Assembly (NCBI GenBank): GCA_041739665.1
Contig: JBGSNK010000015.1
Location: forward strand, 616 to 64,615
Origin: Bdellovibrionales bacterium
Lineage (GTDB): Bacteria; Bdellovibrionota; Bdellovibrionia; Bdellovibrionales; JAGQZY01
DNA length: 64,000 bases
Direction of reading: 5' to 3'
The position numbers were made by a program, and so were the translations under genes. Positions 18,793 to 29,138 of the stretch are shown in pieces. The notes below the pieces were generated by a model. It was not told the DNA's origin. It worked only from the letters and a program-made list of their open reading frames with translations, and did no database searches. Numbering within the stretch: the first letter of the stretch is position 1; every line of letters starts with the position of its first letter.

Positions 18793-19680
18793 TTAAGGAC
18801 GGACTGCACTGGCCGGTTCAATGAAAGAGGGAGTCTGCTCTCGGCCTCGACTCATTTGCAGATCGTCCTGTTCTGGACAGACGTCGTGGCGGGATTTGTT
18901 TGACTGACTCAAATAAATATTCAGGTAACGTTCAAAAACAGGGCGCCACTGGTCCATCAATTCTGGACTCATATCCTCTTCTAAGGGAATCGAATCTAGG
19001 GCTCCCCCTTTACAGAGTACCCCTTCAAGAGAGCAAGAGGAAAATAAGTCGCGCTGTTTATTTTGGAAATTGCGCGCGCGCTGCAAAAAAGGTTCGCGAC
19101 TTTCATCATCATAGCGTCGAATGACATCCGTTAAATCTTTATCTTTTTCTGTTAGGCCCTTGGCTGGTAATAGGCCGACACGATCACTCTGCCGCAAGAG
19201 CCAGGTTCCCGGTTGCAAGCCTAGACGCTTCAAGGGCACGCCGTTTTGTAAAAGAAGGTTTTCTAAACGTTTAGCCTCTCGCCAGTTTTCAAGATCTTTT
19301 TGAAATTTAATTGGTGATTGTTTCAAAATTTGTTGATGTCGAATTCTGCCGGACAAATCGTAAGTCAGAGCATAATATTGGGTTTTTTTTGCATTTCCCA
19401 CTTGAATCCAGGCCATAGCACCATCGAGGGTCTGTCCCTCAACTAAACGAGGACTTTTTAAGCGATAAATTTGTGGTTTGCCAAAACCGGAGTGAATCAG
19501 ATAGTTTTCAATTTTACCTTGAGAGGGTTCATGGGTAAATATCCAACTCTTGGGCCGAGTAGGATCACAATCGACTTGAGCCGAACACAAACAATCCACT
19601 TGTCGTTGCAACTCATAAGTGTTGGCTAAGATTGAAGATTTAAAACCGCATATTAAAACAAGAACAACAATGATTCGCAT
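18793..19680 (-). CDS. Secreted hypothetical protein
   Basis: Signal peptide (MRIIVVLVLICGFKSSILA). No recognisable motif. Confidence 0.5.
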   Translation of the reverse strand: MRIIVVLVLICGFKSSILANTYELQRQVDCLCSAQVDCDPTRPKSWIFTHEPSQGKIENYLIHSGFGKPQIYRLKSPRLVEGQTLDGAMAWIQVGNAKKTQYYALTYDLSGRIRHQQILKQSPIKFQKDLENWREAKRLENLLLQNGVPLKRLGLQPGTWLLRQSDRVGLLPAKGLTEKDKDLTDVIRRYDDESREPFLQRARNFQNKQRDLFSSCSLEGVLCKGGALDSIPLEEDMSPELMDQWRPVFERYLNIYLSQSNKSRHDVCPEQDDLQMSRGREQTPSFIEPASAVRP

Positions 19681-19688
19681 AACCCATG

Positions 19689-21428
19689 TTACATGAGTTT
19701 GCGAATTTCGCGAATAGGAGAACTGCCAAAACTTAAAAAAGTTTCGTGGAACTCTTTTAGATTAAAACGATCACCTTTCTCGGCTTTCATCTCTTCCCGT
19801 AAGGAATAAATCTCACTGAAACCCGCAAAATAACTCGTCAACTGAACCTGAGAGACCGTGGCGCGGTGCCATTTCCCCTCCGCTTCAGCTTGTTCTTGAA
19901 ATGCTCCCTGGGTCATCAGCTTCATGGCCTGAGCTCGACTTAGGTTCTTATTATGGATCTCGTAGTCAAGTATGGTGTTTGTCACCACTCGTAAAAACCA
20001 CTTGTAGTACATCAGCCAAAGCTCGGCCGAATTGTTTCCGTAACCTTCCTCGAGCATCATACGCTCTGTATATACCGCCCAACCTTCTATCATTGGAGTG
20101 TTGCCAAAAATGGATTTAATCACACTTTTCGATTTGTTTCGGTAAATCATTTGCACATAATGACCAGGCAAAGCTTCGTGTATATTCAAAATCTGCAATG
20201 TGTAGTTGTTGTATTCTCGCAAATAACTCTTTTGTTGTTTGCGACTCATATCATCAAGTGGTGTGACATTATAAAAAGTGTCACCCTGAGGATCAAAAAT
20301 TCCTGGAGAGTCGACACTCGCCCCAGCAAATCCTCGTTGATAAACCGGAGTTTCTCTAACAATAAGAGGCCGACTGTCGTCAAGGGTCAGTAGATCTTTT
20401 TCTTTAATAAAGGCCGTTAGCTCGGGAATTTGTTTGCGAACAGTTTCAACAAAATTGTTTGCTTTTGGATGTTCGCTCGAGACCTTGTTTAAAACATCTT
20501 CAATCACCTGCTGGCGATCTTTGGGTGGCAATTTAGCTCCAAAGTACTTAGGATAAAGCTCAATGGCCGCTTCGAACATTTTAGAGCGAGCATCTTCTTT
20601 AGCTCTTAACGCCATTTTATAAAGTTCTTCGGGTTTCGAATCTATTTGCAGATCGTACTCAAACTTTTGTTGGTAGAGTTCTGGTTTAATTCTAAAGTCA
20701 CGAAAACCACCGACAGGTTTAGGATTCGCTAACAAGCCTTTAAGGTAGGTTATATAACGAGCAGTGGCTTGTTCAGTCGCAGTTACTCTTTTATTTAATA
20801 TTTTTAGCTCTTCACCTTTGAGGCCGGACTTTTTAATTTCTTTTCTTAAATGACCCTTAAAAAAACTCAAGGCCCCTCTAGATTGCTTAATCGCAAGATT
20901 CACTTGTTCACGAGTGGGCATAGAAATATTATTTTTGACCGCTTGATAGTATTCAGGAGCTTTTTTGAGTTTTTGGCTCAGATCCTTCAAACGTTCGACG
21001 AGTGGACGCTGGCGACGATTTAACAGCAGACTCACCTCTTCGGCCAGATTGTAATCATCTAACTTCCATTGATAAGAATGAAAAGTTTCAATCTGCCAAA
21101 TTCTCTTTTGCAGATGATTGCGGATTAAAGCCAGGTCAGTGAGTTGACTCACAGAAAGTTGATCGCGATCAACAGTCTCGAACATTTGCAGTTGTTGTTT
21201 ATAAAAAGCCAGTTTTTGCTCACGATTATTTTGATCAGGAATTTCTAAAACTGAGTCGTATTGGTGGAGCCCCGCCTCAGAAGCATGAAGAGGATGGACC
21301 TGCCAATACTTTTCTAAAAACTGCGTTGTTGTTATAGCAAAATCAGGATCATCCACGCGTTGGTGAAGACTGGTACATCCCAAAACCAATTGCACGAGAA
21401 CAAGTACGGCTAGAATTCTTTTGATCAC
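19689..21428 (-). CDS. DUF885 family lipoprotein (metallopeptidase-like)
   Basis: HEALPGHY (the HExxPGHxxQ-type DUF885 motif). A GTG at 21428 gives a lipoprotein signal MIKRILAVLVLVQLVLGC; the track's ATG at 21479 adds 17 non-signal residues. Confidence 0.75.
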   Translation of the reverse strand: MIKRILAVLVLVQLVLGCTSLHQRVDDPDFAITTTQFLEKYWQVHPLHASEAGLHQYDSVLEIPDQNNREQKLAFYKQQLQMFETVDRDQLSVSQLTDLALIRNHLQKRIWQIETFHSYQWKLDDYNLAEEVSLLLNRRQRPLVERLKDLSQKLKKAPEYYQAVKNNISMPTREQVNLAIKQSRGALSFFKGHLRKEIKKSGLKGEELKILNKRVTATEQATARYITYLKGLLANPKPVGGFRDFRIKPELYQQKFEYDLQIDSKPEELYKMALRAKEDARSKMFEAAIELYPKYFGAKLPPKDRQQVIEDVLNKVSSEHPKANNFVETVRKQIPELTAFIKEKDLLTLDDSRPLIVRETPVYQRGFAGASVDSPGIFDPQGDTFYNVTPLDDMSRKQQKSYLREYNNYTLQILNIHEALPGHYVQMIYRNKSKSVIKSIFGNTPMIEGWAVYTERMMLEEGYGNNSAELWLMYYKWFLRVVTNTILDYEIHNKNLSRAQAMKLMTQGAFQEQAEAEGKWHRATVSQVQLTSYFAGFSEIYSLREEMKAEKGDRFNLKEFHETFLSFGSSPIREIRKLM

Positions 21429-21527
21429 AATGCCCCCACAGACCTCCGCTTTTATCAGGAGGACTTGCGAAAAAGCCATTTGAGGTCAGGAGGAATCTCA
21501 GACTTAAGAGTCTTCCTGACTACTTAA

Positions 21528-21604
21528 TGGCGATGGCGGGAGGACTCGAACCTCCGACCGTCTGCTTAGAAGGCAGATGCTCTATCCAACTGAGCTACGC
21601 CACC
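21528..21604 (-). tRNA. tRNA-Arg (anticodon UCU), CCA encoded
   Basis: Hand-folded cloverleaf: acceptor GGUGGCG/CGCCAUC (one G.U), D stem GCUC/GAGC, anticodon stem UCUGC/GCAGA with loop CUUCUAA, T arm GGAGG-UUCGAGU-CCUCC, then G-CCA. Confidence 0.9.
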
Positions 21605-21747
21605 ACTTTAACGAAGTTTTATTAGTATCTGAAAAGCTCATGGGAATCAATCAGAGTCTCCTTCCTCAACAGGTTGCCCAAAAACAAGCAAAATCTGGCA
21701 AGCATGTCGGTCAAAGCCTCTAAAGCCCTGTATTTACACGGTGTATT

Positions 21748-22761
21748 TTAAGCATAAAAATCTTGGATCTTATTCAAAGAGTCTCGACTGGGGCGCAACT
21801 CCACTTCGCTCAAGTCACAGAGGGGACGCGCAACCAAATGCTCCTCATCGAGCAAGTTCTGTTTATCTTTATTAAAGTAAAAAAGCCCGGTCACAAATTG
21901 TTGATTCTTGCGTGCCTGGTGCAAAACTCGTAAGGCTTGCAGCTCGTCGCTGACATCAAAATTTTTATCGTCCACTTTAGATAAAGCCAGGCGCGAGCCA
22001 TCGTGCATTTCAACAAAAGTAGCCCCTTCATAGTCGACTGAGATTTCTTCTTTGGGCTCAATAAAACCCATTTGTTGCAATTGGTACTTGTGCTCTTTCA
22101 CACTATCGTAACTTTTAGTCGAGCCAGGGTTGTTGGCAAAAGTCACGCAAGGCGAAATGACGTCAATAAAAGCTGTGCCTTTAAATTCTAAGGCGGCCCT
22201 TAATAACGGAACCATTTGTTTAGCATCTCCTGAAAAAGAACGAGCAACAAAACCACATCCCATCTCAATAGCCAATGAGCAAAGGTCTATGGATGAAAAA
22301 TGGTTGGTCTCACCACTTTTGCGACGACTGCCCTCGTCGGCTGTAGCAGAAAATTGTCCCTTGGTTAATCCGTAAACTCCGTTGTTCTCAACTATATAAA
22401 CCATAGGGACATTTCGACGTAGCAAATGACAAAAACCACCCAAACCAATACTGGCCGAGTCTCCGTCACCGGAGACACCGATGATACGTAAATCCTGGTT
22501 GGCCATCTTTGCACCTGTAGCCACCGGAGCCATTCGTCCATGCACGCTGTTAAAGCCTGCAGCCTTATCTAAAAAATAAGTGGGCGTTTTTGATGAGCAA
22601 CCAATCCCAGATATCTTGGCGACTTGATAAGGTTGAACAGAGGACTGATAAAGGGCCGAAATGATGTGGCTAGTGATACTGTCATGACCACAACCCGAGC
22701 AAAGAGTGGATTTCGCTCCACCGTAATCTTTGCGTTCCAATCCAACTTGATTAGTGGCCAT
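21748..22761 (-). CDS. korB: 2-oxoacid (2-oxoglutarate):ferredoxin oxidoreductase beta subunit (TPP-binding)
   Basis: CSGCGH, GVSGDGDSASIGLGGF (TPP GDGx motif). The true start is MATNQVGLE at 22761; the track's longer ORF runs into korA. Confidence 0.85.
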   Translation of the reverse strand: MATNQVGLERKDYGGAKSTLCSGCGHDSITSHIISALYQSSVQPYQVAKISGIGCSSKTPTYFLDKAAGFNSVHGRMAPVATGAKMANQDLRIIGVSGDGDSASIGLGGFCHLLRRNVPMVYIVENNGVYGLTKGQFSATADEGSRRKSGETNHFSSIDLCSLAIEMGCGFVARSFSGDAKQMVPLLRAALEFKGTAFIDVISPCVTFANNPGSTKSYDSVKEHKYQLQQMGFIEPKEEISVDYEGATFVEMHDGSRLALSKVDDKNFDVSDELQALRVLHQARKNQQFVTGLFYFNKDKQNLLDEEHLVARPLCDLSEVELRPSRDSLNKIQDFYA

Positions 22762-24550
22762 TATGACCTCCAGATATGTTCTTGAGTTGATGAGCCAGAA
22801 ATTCTGGTGACAGAGGTAAGCCGTCGCAATTCGTGAGAACAAAGATCTTGTCCGCCCAACGAGGAAAATCACTGCGCAACAACTCTGTCATTTGCCCATG
22901 TTGGTTTTGTTCGATAACTAAGACTCTATCATGCTTTTCTATAAAAGCTTGGACCTCACGGTGAAAGGGATACGCCTTTAACCTCAATGTGGAATAGGAG
23001 TCATCACCGAGCAGCTCTAAAAGTTCGGGTATCACTAAATCTGTTGAGCCAAAGTAAATCAAACCTGTTTTTGCATCGTTATTGTAGTGAGCCAGCGGAT
23101 GAGGGATAAGGGTTTTAATAGTCTCCCACTTTCGATCCAAACGATTCAGGAGGTCTTGATAGTTGTCGGCTCGCTCAGAGTACTTGGCCTGGGGTGTGTG
23201 CCCTGTACCTCGAGTGAAGTAAGCAGCTAAATCATGATCTGTGCCCGGAAGGGTACGATATGGAATGCCATCTCCGTCCACATCGGCATAACGCGCAAAC
23301 TCGCCACGTTTTTCTAAATCTTCTTTTTTGAGAACTTTTCCACGATCAAAGGGCTTGTCCGGGAAATCAAAACGATCACTGATCCAAGTGTTCATACCAA
23401 GATCTAAATCGGTTAAAACAAACACGGGAGTTTGAACTCTTTCCGCCAGATCAAACGCGAGCGAAGCAAATTCAAAACATTCTTTTGGATTCGATGGAAA
23501 AAGCACAGGGTGTTTAGTGTCGCCATGAGAGCAATGAACTGCCGAAATAATATCACCTTGCGATGTTCTTGTTGGAAGACCTGTCGAAGGACCCATGCGT
23601 TGCACATCCCAGATGACACCAGGAATTTCGGCAAAGTACATCAAACCAATTGTTTCACCCATCAGACTGACACCAGGCCCTGATGTCGCCGTCATTGCTC
23701 GCGCCCCCGCCCAGCCTGCGCCAGCAACCATGGATATGGCACTCAGCTCATCCTCGGATTGAATGACAGAAAAGAGTTTTTCTCCTTTTTCGTTGGTACG
23801 CAGGCTGTGGCATTGGGATTCAAAACTTTCCACCAAAGAGCTTGAAGGAGTGATTGGGTACCAAGAGACAAAGGTGCAGCCAGCGTAGACCAGGCCCAAG
23901 GCAGCGGCCGTGTTTCCCTCGATCAAAATTTTATTTTGTGTGAGCTGCTTAGATTCGATACGCAGCGGAAAAGAGTAATCTTTAAGATTTTGACGAACAT
24001 AAGAACGACCCGCTTCGACAGCATTTTTGTTAATGGAGTAAACAGATTCTTTACCCTTAAACTGGTGTTCAATGGTACCGCTCATCACTTCTTCACCAAC
24101 ATTGAGCAGTTCTGCTAAAACGCCCACATAAATCATATTTACCAGCAGCTTTTTGAGCTGGATCGAGTCACTCACGTCCTTGGAGAGATCGTTGAAGGGA
24201 ATAGGTAGGAGGTTGACGTTAGGTGGGAGATCAGCTTCTTCAACACGCAAATTGGAGTTATATATAAAAAGACCACCGGGCTTGAGATATTCGAAATCTT
24301 GCAAAAGAGTCTCTTTATTCATCGCCACCACCACTTCACTTTGCGGACGTCGACCGACGAAACCTTTTTCGCTAACTCGTATAGTAAACCAGGTGGGAAG
24401 ACCGGCGATATTTGATGGAAAAAGGTTCTTTCCCCCCACGGGAACGCCACTTCGAAAAAGAGTACGCATCAAAATATTATTGGCCGATTGGCTTCCGCTT
24501 CCATTGACTGTGGCTATGGTTATGGAGAAATCGTTCACTGTCTTGGACAA
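22751..24550 (-). CDS. korA: 2-oxoacid (2-oxoglutarate):ferredoxin oxidoreductase alpha subunit (fused gamma+alpha domains)
   Basis: N-terminal gamma-like domain (ATVNGSGSQSANNIL), then the POR alpha domain (GNTAAALG..YPITPSS, TATSGPGVSLM). Overlaps korB by 11 nt. Confidence 0.85.
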   Translation of the reverse strand: MSKTVNDFSITIATVNGSGSQSANNILMRTLFRSGVPVGGKNLFPSNIAGLPTWFTIRVSEKGFVGRRPQSEVVVAMNKETLLQDFEYLKPGGLFIYNSNLRVEEADLPPNVNLLPIPFNDLSKDVSDSIQLKKLLVNMIYVGVLAELLNVGEEVMSGTIEHQFKGKESVYSINKNAVEAGRSYVRQNLKDYSFPLRIESKQLTQNKILIEGNTAAALGLVYAGCTFVSWYPITPSSSLVESFESQCHSLRTNEKGEKLFSVIQSEDELSAISMVAGAGWAGARAMTATSGPGVSLMGETIGLMYFAEIPGVIWDVQRMGPSTGLPTRTSQGDIISAVHCSHGDTKHPVLFPSNPKECFEFASLAFDLAERVQTPVFVLTDLDLGMNTWISDRFDFPDKPFDRGKVLKKEDLEKRGEFARYADVDGDGIPYRTLPGTDHDLAAYFTRGTGHTPQAKYSERADNYQDLLNRLDRKWETIKTLIPHPLAHYNNDAKTGLIYFGSTDLVIPELLELLGDDSYSTLRLKAYPFHREVQAFIEKHDRVLVIEQNQHGQMTELLRSDFPRWADKIFVLTNCDGLPLSPEFLAHQLKNISGGHNGH

Positions 24551-24659
24551 GATCCACCTCTAAATAAGACTATAAGGGACTGAGTTTAGAAGATGTATCC
24601 GTGGCTTTCAATCTCGAGGCCGCCTCACGATATGTTGCGTCTTAATCCTTTGACAGAGG

Positions 24660-25397
24660 CTAATCGAGTGAGATCTGGAGCTCCACATCGGGGTCGACTT
24701 GGCGAACCCATTGGATGTAACGCTCATGCACCTCTTCTTTGTTTGCGGGCGGACATACGGGGCCCACAAAAATCTCCAATCGACCAGGGCTTGGCAAGAG
24801 CTGCCCCTTAGGCCACAAGCTGCTGTTTCCTTTGATGTAGAGAAACAATATTGGCGTGCCCGTCTCCTGAGAAAAGAGGCTGATACCGCGGCGAAATTTT
24901 TGAATAGCACCATCTTTGGATCGAGTTCCCTCTGGAAAAAAAATCATCCAAATTCGATCCAATTGCTTGAGCAGAGTTAAAACAAGCTGGACCGCCTCGC
25001 CTTTCTTGTCCTTGCGATCAATAGGAATAGCTCCCAAACAGTGTTTGGAAAAAAAATCAAAAACCGGATTACCAAAGAAATAGTCTTTAGCAGCGGTGAC
25101 GTAAAGATCGGGCCAATAGCGAAAAGGAATGACAGCCGCCATAGATGTGGCGTCTAAGTGACTGGCATGGTTGGAAATAATAATTAATTTAGGATATTCT
25201 TTAGCAATACTATGGAACTCTCCATGCAACTTGATACGTACATAAAAGCGATAAGCCAACAATTTTAAGAAAATAGCCCAAAGCATGCGAACAAATCGCG
25301 AGGTCAAATCAAAGTGACGAGTGAACAAAGGCAAATGCTTTAAATAGGGTGGAAGCTTTGCCCACTGTTCGTTTTCGTAATCCCAGTTCCAGCTCAC
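24660..25397 (-). CDS. Lysophospholipid (1-acyl-glycerol-3-phosphate-type) acyltransferase
   Basis: NHASHLD (HX4D) and FPEGTRS motifs. GTGA overlap with the upstream cdsA-like gene. Confidence 0.75.
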   Translation of the reverse strand: MSWNWDYENEQWAKLPPYLKHLPLFTRHFDLTSRFVRMLWAIFLKLLAYRFYVRIKLHGEFHSIAKEYPKLIIISNHASHLDATSMAAVIPFRYWPDLYVTAAKDYFFGNPVFDFFSKHCLGAIPIDRKDKKGEAVQLVLTLLKQLDRIWMIFFPEGTRSKDGAIQKFRRGISLFSQETGTPILFLYIKGNSSLWPKGQLLPSPGRLEIFVGPVCPPANKEEVHERYIQWVRQVDPDVELQISLD

Positions 25398-26305
25398 ACC
25401 AACTCCCCAAGGATAAAAAGAACATAGTGAGCAATGGGAGCCACAAAAACAAGTCTATCCAGACGACTAAAAAAATCACCGCGCCCTAAAATAAAAGTGT
25501 CCGTGACTTTGATTCCCAAATCGCGACGGACCACGGAAAGAACAGAGTCACCCGTGCTCGCAAATAAAATACATGTTAAAGTGACAGTGATCCAATACAT
25601 CTCGGATCGCACTGGTAAGAGATGACGCATTCCCCACCCTAAAGCAAGAGTGGCAAAACCTGCCAAAACAAAGCCCTCTAAACTGCGCTTAGGAGTGATA
25701 TTCGAGATCAACTTGACTCTCTTGGAGTAACGACTGATCGCCAAGTATATGGTATCAAAGAATTCGGTGAGCATAAAAATATAGAGAAACGTATAAACAC
25801 CAGACTCCATCTCCATTATCCAACCCAGGTGGAGAAAGGCCCAGATAAAACAAAAGTTCAATAAAGTTAGAGCTATATACTGCACCATATGAGTGTAGGA
25901 GTTACGCAGCAATGGAATAAAGCAAACCACTAAAAACATAAACATGGGCATGATATTAAAAATATCAACCAGCTCGATATAAATACAAAAAGTCGAAAAC
26001 ATAATACTGATATAACAAGCCCAGACAAAGTTGCTGCGATGATACATACCTGTCATTTGGAAAAAGTTTTTAGCTCCGTAAATAGAGACCAAACATAAGA
26101 AGATCAAGGGATAGGGCCAAGCTGTTCCGGCCATTAAAAAAATAACTGGAATCACAAACAACCAACTCAAGGTGCTCGCCTTCCCAGCCTTAAATGCCTG
26201 GGACTTCCGTTGCACCAGCTGAAGAATGAGGTTCAAAATGAGGACCACACCAAAGATAATAAAAAAAGTCTCTTGAAATTTGGGTTCGTAGAGAAGTTCC
26301 CACAT
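25394..26305 (-). CDS. CTP_transf_1 (CdsA-like) family integral membrane protein with a divergent signature
   Basis: TPKRSLEG block and polytopic topology fit the CdsA family. The signature region reads SVVRRDLGIKVTDTFILGRGDFFSRLDRL instead of S.xKR....KD....PGHGG..DR.D. Confidence 0.6.
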   Translation of the reverse strand: MWELLYEPKFQETFFIIFGVVLILNLILQLVQRKSQAFKAGKASTLSWLFVIPVIFLMAGTAWPYPLIFLCLVSIYGAKNFFQMTGMYHRSNFVWACYISIMFSTFCIYIELVDIFNIMPMFMFLVVCFIPLLRNSYTHMVQYIALTLLNFCFIWAFLHLGWIMEMESGVYTFLYIFMLTEFFDTIYLAISRYSKRVKLISNITPKRSLEGFVLAGFATLALGWGMRHLLPVRSEMYWITVTLTCILFASTGDSVLSVVRRDLGIKVTDTFILGRGDFFSRLDRLVFVAPIAHYVLFILGELV

Positions 26306-26316
26306 AATTAATCCGC

Positions 26317-27675
26317 CTATTTTTTGAATTCCAATTGATGGTCTTTAACTTTTTTGTAGAGACTGGATCTCGAGATCTTGAGCTTCTTCGCCAAATCATC
26401 GACATCTAGGTTTTGTAGCAAGGCAAAAGTGAGTATTCGGTATTCATAATCCTCTAAAAGCTTGGCCAGGCCCTGGCTAAGATCAAAAAAAGAAGCCTCT
26501 GAAGAAGTGATACTCCCCTGGCCCTGACCTTTTAAAATCGAACGTACATCTTCAGCACGCACGATGGGCAGAGGGGCCATAAGGCTTAAGTGTTCACAAA
26601 CTCTTTTAAGCTGTCGAACATTTCCTGGCCATGAAAAATCTTGCAGAATTTCGAGTGCCTGGGGATCAATGGTTTTCTTAAGAGTGACATCTCGTTGGCT
26701 CATAAAAAATTGGCAGAGTTCGCCAATATCTTCCTTACGCTCCCTTAAGGGTGGCAGGTTCAAGCGATGTCCACTCAATCGAAACATCAAGTCTTGACGA
26801 AATTTCTCTTTTTCCACCAAACTTTGCAGATTCTCATTGGTTGCGGCGATAATACGTACGCTCACCTTTTGAGCTTCCGTGCTACCTACCCTCTGAAACT
26901 CACCACTTTCTAGAAAACGCAAAAGTTTTGCTTGGTGATTGAGGCTGAGGGCCTCGATCTCATCTAAAAATAGATCACCACCATGAGCCACTTCTACAAA
27001 TCCGGCTTTGTTATTTTGAGCCCCAGTAAAAGCCCCTTTGACATGGCCAAAAAATTCGGACTCAAACAGAGCATCGCTAATCGCAGCCACATTGACAGCG
27101 ACAAAGGGACGCTCCGGCTGGGCTTGGTGTAAGAGCTGGGCAATAACTTCTTTACCAGTCCCAGACTCGCCCTCGATGAGGATAGGAGCTTTTTCACTTT
27201 TCATGTTGGCAACAAAACGACGTACCCTATCTGACGACGCTCCCTGCCCCACCCATTTGACCACCGATTGAGCTTGTTTCTTAAGGTTCACACCACGTAG
27301 GACCCAGAGAGCTTCTATTTTATCGAGAACCAAGCGCAACTCATTTGAACTCAAAGGTTTGGCTAAAAAGCGTGTTGCTCCGGCTTTAAGAGTGGCCTCC
27401 ATATTTTCTCGCCTCATATCTCCCGACATGGCCACAATTTCGGAAAGACTTTGTTGCTGACTGAGGGTTTTCATCACAGTTAGGCCTTCCGATTTACTCA
27501 GATCTCCGGAGAGATGAATGTCAACCAGAGCCGCGTGGTAAAATTCATTAGGATTAAAGTTGTCTTTACTTTGAGCAATCATGGTCCAGTGCTCTGGCAA
27601 ACAAAGCTCAATCGTGTCGACCACTAGCGGGTCGTCATCTATGACCAATAAACGCAATTTTCCTGTCTGTGTCAC
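26317..27675 (-). CDS. Sigma-54-dependent response regulator (REC + AAA+ + Fis-type HTH)
   Basis: REC (VIDDD), Walker [15 protein letters not shown] sigma-54 contact loop, ESEFFGH, and a C-terminal HTH (..[17 protein letters not shown]). GTG start. Confidence 0.9.
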   Translation of the reverse strand: MTQTGKLRLLVIDDDPLVVDTIELCLPEHWTMIAQSKDNFNPNEFYHAALVDIHLSGDLSKSEGLTVMKTLSQQQSLSEIVAMSGDMRRENMEATLKAGATRFLAKPLSSNELRLVLDKIEALWVLRGVNLKKQAQSVVKWVGQGASSDRVRRFVANMKSEKAPILIEGESGTGKEVIAQLLHQAQPERPFVAVNVAAISDALFESEFFGHVKGAFTGAQNNKAGFVEVAHGGDLFLDEIEALSLNHQAKLLRFLESGEFQRVGSTEAQKVSVRIIAATNENLQSLVEKEKFRQDLMFRLSGHRLNLPPLRERKEDIGELCQFFMSQRDVTLKKTIDPQALEILQDFSWPGNVRQLKRVCEHLSLMAPLPIVRAEDVRSILKGQGQGSITSSEASFFDLSQGLAKLLEDYEYRILTFALLQNLDVDDLAKKLKISRSSLYKKVKDHQLEFKK

Positions 27676-27868
27676 CTGATGACCTCATGTCGATAGTGAA
27701 TTTACGAACCCTTTGATTCTATGAAACTTTAAATTGAAATTCATTACACCCCGAGCCTTACACCTAGAACAAGGTCTTTTCCTGTTTAAATTACGGTCCC
27801 CCCCAAACTCCCCCTTCTCCCTAGGTCGAAAATATGCCATATTAGTCCTGTACTGATGAGGTCCTTAT

Positions 27869-29062
27869 ATGAAAATTGCTCTTCTCGAAAACATTCATAA
27901 AGTTGCCAAAGAAAAACTTTCTGCAAAAGGTTACGAAGTGGAACTCTTCACTCAGTCCTTTGCCGATGATGAGTTGGTCTCAATCCTTAAAAACTTTGAT
28001 GCTGTTGGTATACGTTCCAAAACACAGTTGACCCAAGAAGTTCTCATGGCCTCTGCTCACCTCAACGTCGTGGGTTGTTTTTGTATCGGCACCAACCAGG
28101 TGGATCTGACTGCCGCTAAAAGATTAGGAATACCTGTCTTCAACGCTCCCCATAGTAACACTCGATCTGTGGCCGAGCTGGTCTTGGCAGAAATGGTAGC
28201 CCTCTCGCGAAACCTTTTTGATATGAGTTCGAAAGTGCACATGGGCCAATGGCAAAAGTCTGCCAGCGGATCTTTTGAAGTGCGGGGAAAAACTGTTGGC
28301 ATCGTAGGTTTTGGCCATATCGGAAGCCAAGTCTCTATTTTAGCTGAGGCTTTTGGTATGAAAGTTGTTTACTACGATGTGATTAAAAAATTGCCCCTTG
28401 GCAATAGCTTACAAATGGACTCCCTCGACGAACTATTGAGAGAATCCGACTTTGTGACCCTGCATGTTCCCGAAACCACTGACACTCGCAATATGATGGG
28501 CCCCGATCAAATCTCTCGAATGAAAAGAGGTTCGTATTTAATCAACGCCAGTCGCGGCAGTGTTGTGGATCTTGAATCCTTGAAAGTCGCATTAAACTCT
28601 GGCCATCTTGCCGGGGCGGCCATTGATGTCTACCCGAGTGAACCACAGAAAAATGATGATGAGGGGTTTGCCAGCCCCTTGCAAAACTGCAAAAACGTGA
28701 TCCTCACTCCACATATTGGTGGTAGCACCCAAGAAGCCCAATTTAAAATTGGACAAGAAGTGGCCGAATCCTTGGATCAATTTATAACTTTAGGGCAAAC
28801 CATGGGGGCTGTTGAATTTCCAAACGTCCAATCCAGTCCTGCAATCAAAGGGCGACGACTTATAAATGTTCATAAGAACGTTCCCGGTGTTTTGGGTGGG
28901 ATCAACAGCATTGTCTCGCAAGCCGGCATTAATATTCACTCTCAACAATTGAGCACTGACGAAGAAATTGGCTATTTGATTATGGATATTGAAGCCGGTC
29001 ACCTTCAAGCTTTTGAGAAAATTGACCAGCTACCAACCAGCATCAAAACTCGCTTAATTTAA
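27869..29062 (+). CDS. serA: D-3-phosphoglycerate dehydrogenase with a C-terminal ACT domain
   Basis: GIVGFGHIGSQV NAD fold, ..TPHIGGST.. catalytic His. ACT-like C-terminus (RLINVHKNVPGVLGGINS). Confidence 0.9.
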   Translation: MKIALLENIHKVAKEKLSAKGYEVELFTQSFADDELVSILKNFDAVGIRSKTQLTQEVLMASAHLNVVGCFCIGTNQVDLTAAKRLGIPVFNAPHSNTRSVAELVLAEMVALSRNLFDMSSKVHMGQWQKSASGSFEVRGKTVGIVGFGHIGSQVSILAEAFGMKVVYYDVIKKLPLGNSLQMDSLDELLRESDFVTLHVPETTDTRNMMGPDQISRMKRGSYLINASRGSVVDLESLKVALNSGHLAGAAIDVYPSEPQKNDDEGFASPLQNCKNVILTPHIGGSTQEAQFKIGQEVAESLDQFITLGQTMGAVEFPNVQSSPAIKGRRLINVHKNVPGVLGGINSIVSQAGINIHSQQLSTDEEIGYLIMDIEAGHLQAFEKIDQLPTSIKTRLI

Positions 29063-29138
29063 AGAAAAAGTGCTGTTAATCACAGGCTAGTGAGACAAAT
29101 CACTCTCTGCCACAAAGAATGTCCGTGGGGGTGAGCTG

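Noticed and set aside
21528-21604. The anticodon loop can be misread as carrying CUA, which would make an amber suppressor tRNA.
   Set aside because: With the 5-bp anticodon stem UCUGC/GCAGA the 7-nt loop is CUUCUAA. This puts UCU at positions 34-36, an ordinary tRNA-Arg.
22762-22872. The ORF track gives long N-terminal extensions for korB (22762-22872), ptrB (33829-34005) and the transporter (30438-30506).
   Set aside because: The extensions overlap the upstream genes or lack any signal or family sequence. Internal starts give canonical N-termini (MATNQ.., the lipoprotein signal MLIKIISM.., MNPSTLEI.. after GGAG).
27677-27866. An inverted repeat (TGACCTCAT ... ATGAGGTC) brackets the ntrC-like/serA intergenic region.
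   Set aside because: Each arm is simply the Shine-Dalgarno region (GAGG plus spacer) of one of the two divergent genes. An 8-bp match 170 bp apart is not a credible structure.
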